Part shown: one piece after another, positions 61,480 through 64,000 of the stretch | Position numbering within the stretch: the first letter of the stretch is position 1 | Layout of the letters: the number at the start of each line of letters is the position of its first letter | Assembly: GCA_002269645.1 (NCBI GenBank) | Contig: NIVC01002018.1 | Coordinates: 1-64,000 of the forward strand | Direction: 5' to 3' | Source of the DNA: Macrostomum lignano | Taxonomy: Eukaryota | DNA length: 64,000 nucleotides | Translations under genes and position numbers: made by a program | The notes under the pieces: generated by a model | What the model was told of the DNA's origin: nothing | The model's database searches: none | What the model saw: only the letters and a program-made list of their open reading frames with translations

Positions 61480-64000
61480 TCACTTCGCCTTCTTTCCTTT
61501 CTTCTTTCCCTTTCGCTTGCCCTTCTGCTTTCCCTTGCCCTTGCCGGCCTGGCCTTTGCCAGCTTTGCCGGAACCGCCTCCGCCGCCTCCGCCGCCCAGC
61601 TGGGCCGCCTCCGCCTCTGCCGCCATCGCCTTGGCCCGCCGGCGTCCCATCGGGGTTCGCTCGTACCAACGCTTGAAGGCCTCCTCTTCGTCCGAGTGCA
61701 CGAACTCTTGTCTGCAAGGAGGGGAGGGGGTTGCCATGCTGTTTATAGTCGTGTGAGTGTGTGCCTGTGCGTATGACTGCGTGCTCAGGGGATTCGGCGG
61801 AATGGGCAGTAATGCCTCTTGCCGGTTGTGTGACAATGTCACTTAAAGTGCGCCAGGGTGCATGCAAGGACCACTAGAAGTTACCCTTGTATCAGGACGC
61901 AAAACTCGTAAGTATTGCAAAATTATTTGATGGCCCGCTTGTTTGAGTGTATTTAGCGATGCTTACCTTCAAAAAAGCTTTCTACTGGACTGTTTTAAAG
62001 AAGCCTGCACTACATTTGAGCCTCAGAAGCTCCAGAATAGGTGTGTTTATAATTTATTAAGGCTTTAATCTGTTGAATCTACATATTAAAAGTGTTTATG
62101 CCAAATTTGCAGCCTACTCAACTCTGTACAGATTATCTGCTTTATAAAGCATCCAAACTGCAGGATACAAGGCATGGTCTGCTACTTTATCGAGACTAGA
62201 AGGCAGTGGTTGAAATAACTGAAACTTTATTCATTTTGAATACAATGCAACATTGCGTATTGCCGATACTTTCCACGTAGATATAGCGTAGAATTAGAAT
62301 TATCATTCTAAGTCCAACCAGTCCAGATTTATGAGTATTTAAAGTTTAGTTGCAATGCAAACATGCAAGGACCACTGGACCATGCAGCAGTCCTTGGCCT
62401 CACATTTGTCTCAGCCAGTTGGAGTCCACTGAACAAAGTAAGGGTAGCCCGATGCCATGGCCCTGCTCACCTGGCGATGGCCGGGATGAACTCCTGGGTG
62501 GTCAGCGGCCGATGCTGCAGCGCGGCCAGCCGCCTAGGTGTAAGAACCTCCTCGCAGCACAGCTTGATGTGCCCGATGGTGTTGCCGTCCGTGGCTTTTG
62601 CCAGGGCGCTGATGTCCAGCAGCTGCCCGCCGGGGCCTCCGTGACGAGCCAGAGCTCTGCGCCAAACCACTGCGAAGGAATTTTAAAGATTGATAAAACG
62701 AATAAATCAATTTGTGCCATCTTTAAGATTTTTAGACACATCAAATGTACGCAAGATACAAAATAATAGAATCATCTACTCGTATCTACATATAAAAATG
62801 AAAACTGTGTGTGTGTGCGTGTACAAATTACTTCGCTATGGACTCCCAAACCGCTCAACCAAATTACACCAAATTTTGCACCCACCCTAAATTCACTACA
62901 GAAAGTGTCATAGGCTACCTTAAAATTTCCTATACTCAAGTTTTCCTACCTAAAAGTGCAAAAAACTGCTCAAAATGCGCGATTTGTTTTCACTAAATCC
63001 TCCATAGCGCCGCTCCACTTTTATTAATTGTCTTCAAATTTGACACAATAAATTTTCAACTATTTTGACACAATCGTGTAAAATTTTGAGTCTTAAAGTT
63101 AATCCTGAACAGCGCTGTGCACTTTTAAATTTAGTCTGCTTTTTGTCAGCGTATCAACCACCCGACCCCTGCTTGATACGAGACTCGCCCTTGGTAAATA
63201 AGCTGCCCAGACTCGCTCCAATCTTAATTAAAGCCAGTTCCGTAGACTTCGGGTTTTTCCGCTCTCGGACCTCTTTCCAAAAATGTTCTAAAATCTAGAA
63301 TCCAATCGTAAAGCTTTTTCCGTAGACTAGGGGACTCTAGATCTTGTCGGCTGGGGTCTCCCTCAGAAGTTTCACACAGACAAGCCAACCGCAGATAGCC
63401 ATAGACAACAGAATTTACTTTGGTTTCAAGTGCAAGCAATTTGGGCCAAGACCGACCCAAATGTGCATAAATTTCCCTCCTTTGGAATTCGTTTACTCGT
63501 ACCGCATCAATTGCCATTTTTATAAACCCTCAAAGCGGATTGTAGAACCGCCGTTACAACATGGATAAATTGTCGGGCTTACAGCAGCTGCTTTGTCTTT
63601 ACAGAATTGAGAGTTTGAAAAGGAATGTCACAATTTGAGAACATGATAGATGCTCAGATACATACGAGTAGAGAAGTTTGTGGTTAGAATTTTTCTGCAT
63701 CCTGACTAAAGAAGGCAGGATCCGCGGTAGAGCATGACAGGTCCTATTATTATTTAGGATTTTCCGACAAGATTAACCAGCTAGCTATAAGATCAGCACT
63801 AACTCTAAATTAGAACAGAAAATTGCTACTTCTCCGGCTGTCATTTCGGAGAATCGATGACCGATCGCGGGTGCACACAATTCATCGCGTTTTTTACTCA
63901 CAATGTCTGGACGCGTAGTCCGGTCTGGGGATTAGCAGGATGCGCTGGTAGAGAGCGCAGAACGGCTTCTGTTCCGCCTCCCAGGGAGTTCGAGACGTCC
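61480..64000 (-). CDS. IQCA1: IQ motif and AAA domain-containing protein 1 / DRC11, last three exons (5'-partial)
   Basis: Exons >64000-63902 (GTSRTPWEAEQKPFCALYQRILLIPRPDYASRH), 62669-62471 (LDISALAKATDG..IKLCCEEVLTPRRL...PLTTQEFI) and 61711-61480 (EEEAFKRWYERTPMGRRR...Lys-rich tail). GT-AG junctions in phase. Confidence 0.82.
62785..63010 (+). mobile_element. Possible Helitron/Helentron-type non-autonomous element 5' end in IQCA1 intron
   Basis: a|TCTACATATAAAAATGAAAACTGTGTGTGTGTG followed by CAAACCGCT..ACCAAATT..ACCAAATTTTGCAC resembles short Helitron-derived interspersed repeats; the 3' end was not identified. Confidence 0.35.

Overview
Eukaryotic (invertebrate animal) genomic DNA with GT-AG introns, GC-rich exons and many large intronic mini/microsatellites. 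The style resembles a free-living flatworm such as Macrostomum; this is inference only. Host genes: (1) a PKD2/polycystin-2 channel on the minus strand, running off the left edge, with an RFX X-box upstream; (2) a 7-exon, 764-aa annexin whose N-terminus is a DZANK1-like (Fn3-associated/CHB_HEX_C-type) domain, the most unusual architecture seen here; (3) two tandem-duplicated otopetrin-like genes, the second with one nonsense codon; (4) a frameshift-riddled intronless TBP-like gene; (5) two orphan Cys-loop ligand-gated ion channel subunits; (6) the 3' end of IQCA1/DRC11. Mobile DNA: a full-length LOA-type non-LTR retrotransposon with RNase H and 12-bp TSD, a complete but disabled Chapaev DNA transposon (about 260-bp TIRs, 4-bp TSD), a decayed hAT transposase, a 5'-truncated RTE-like insertion with 13-bp TSD, several hAT-type MITEs (some carrying expanded minisatellites) and a foldback-like element. 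Most long ORFs in the supplied track are artefacts of tandem repeats. All family assignments come from remembered motifs; no database search was run.
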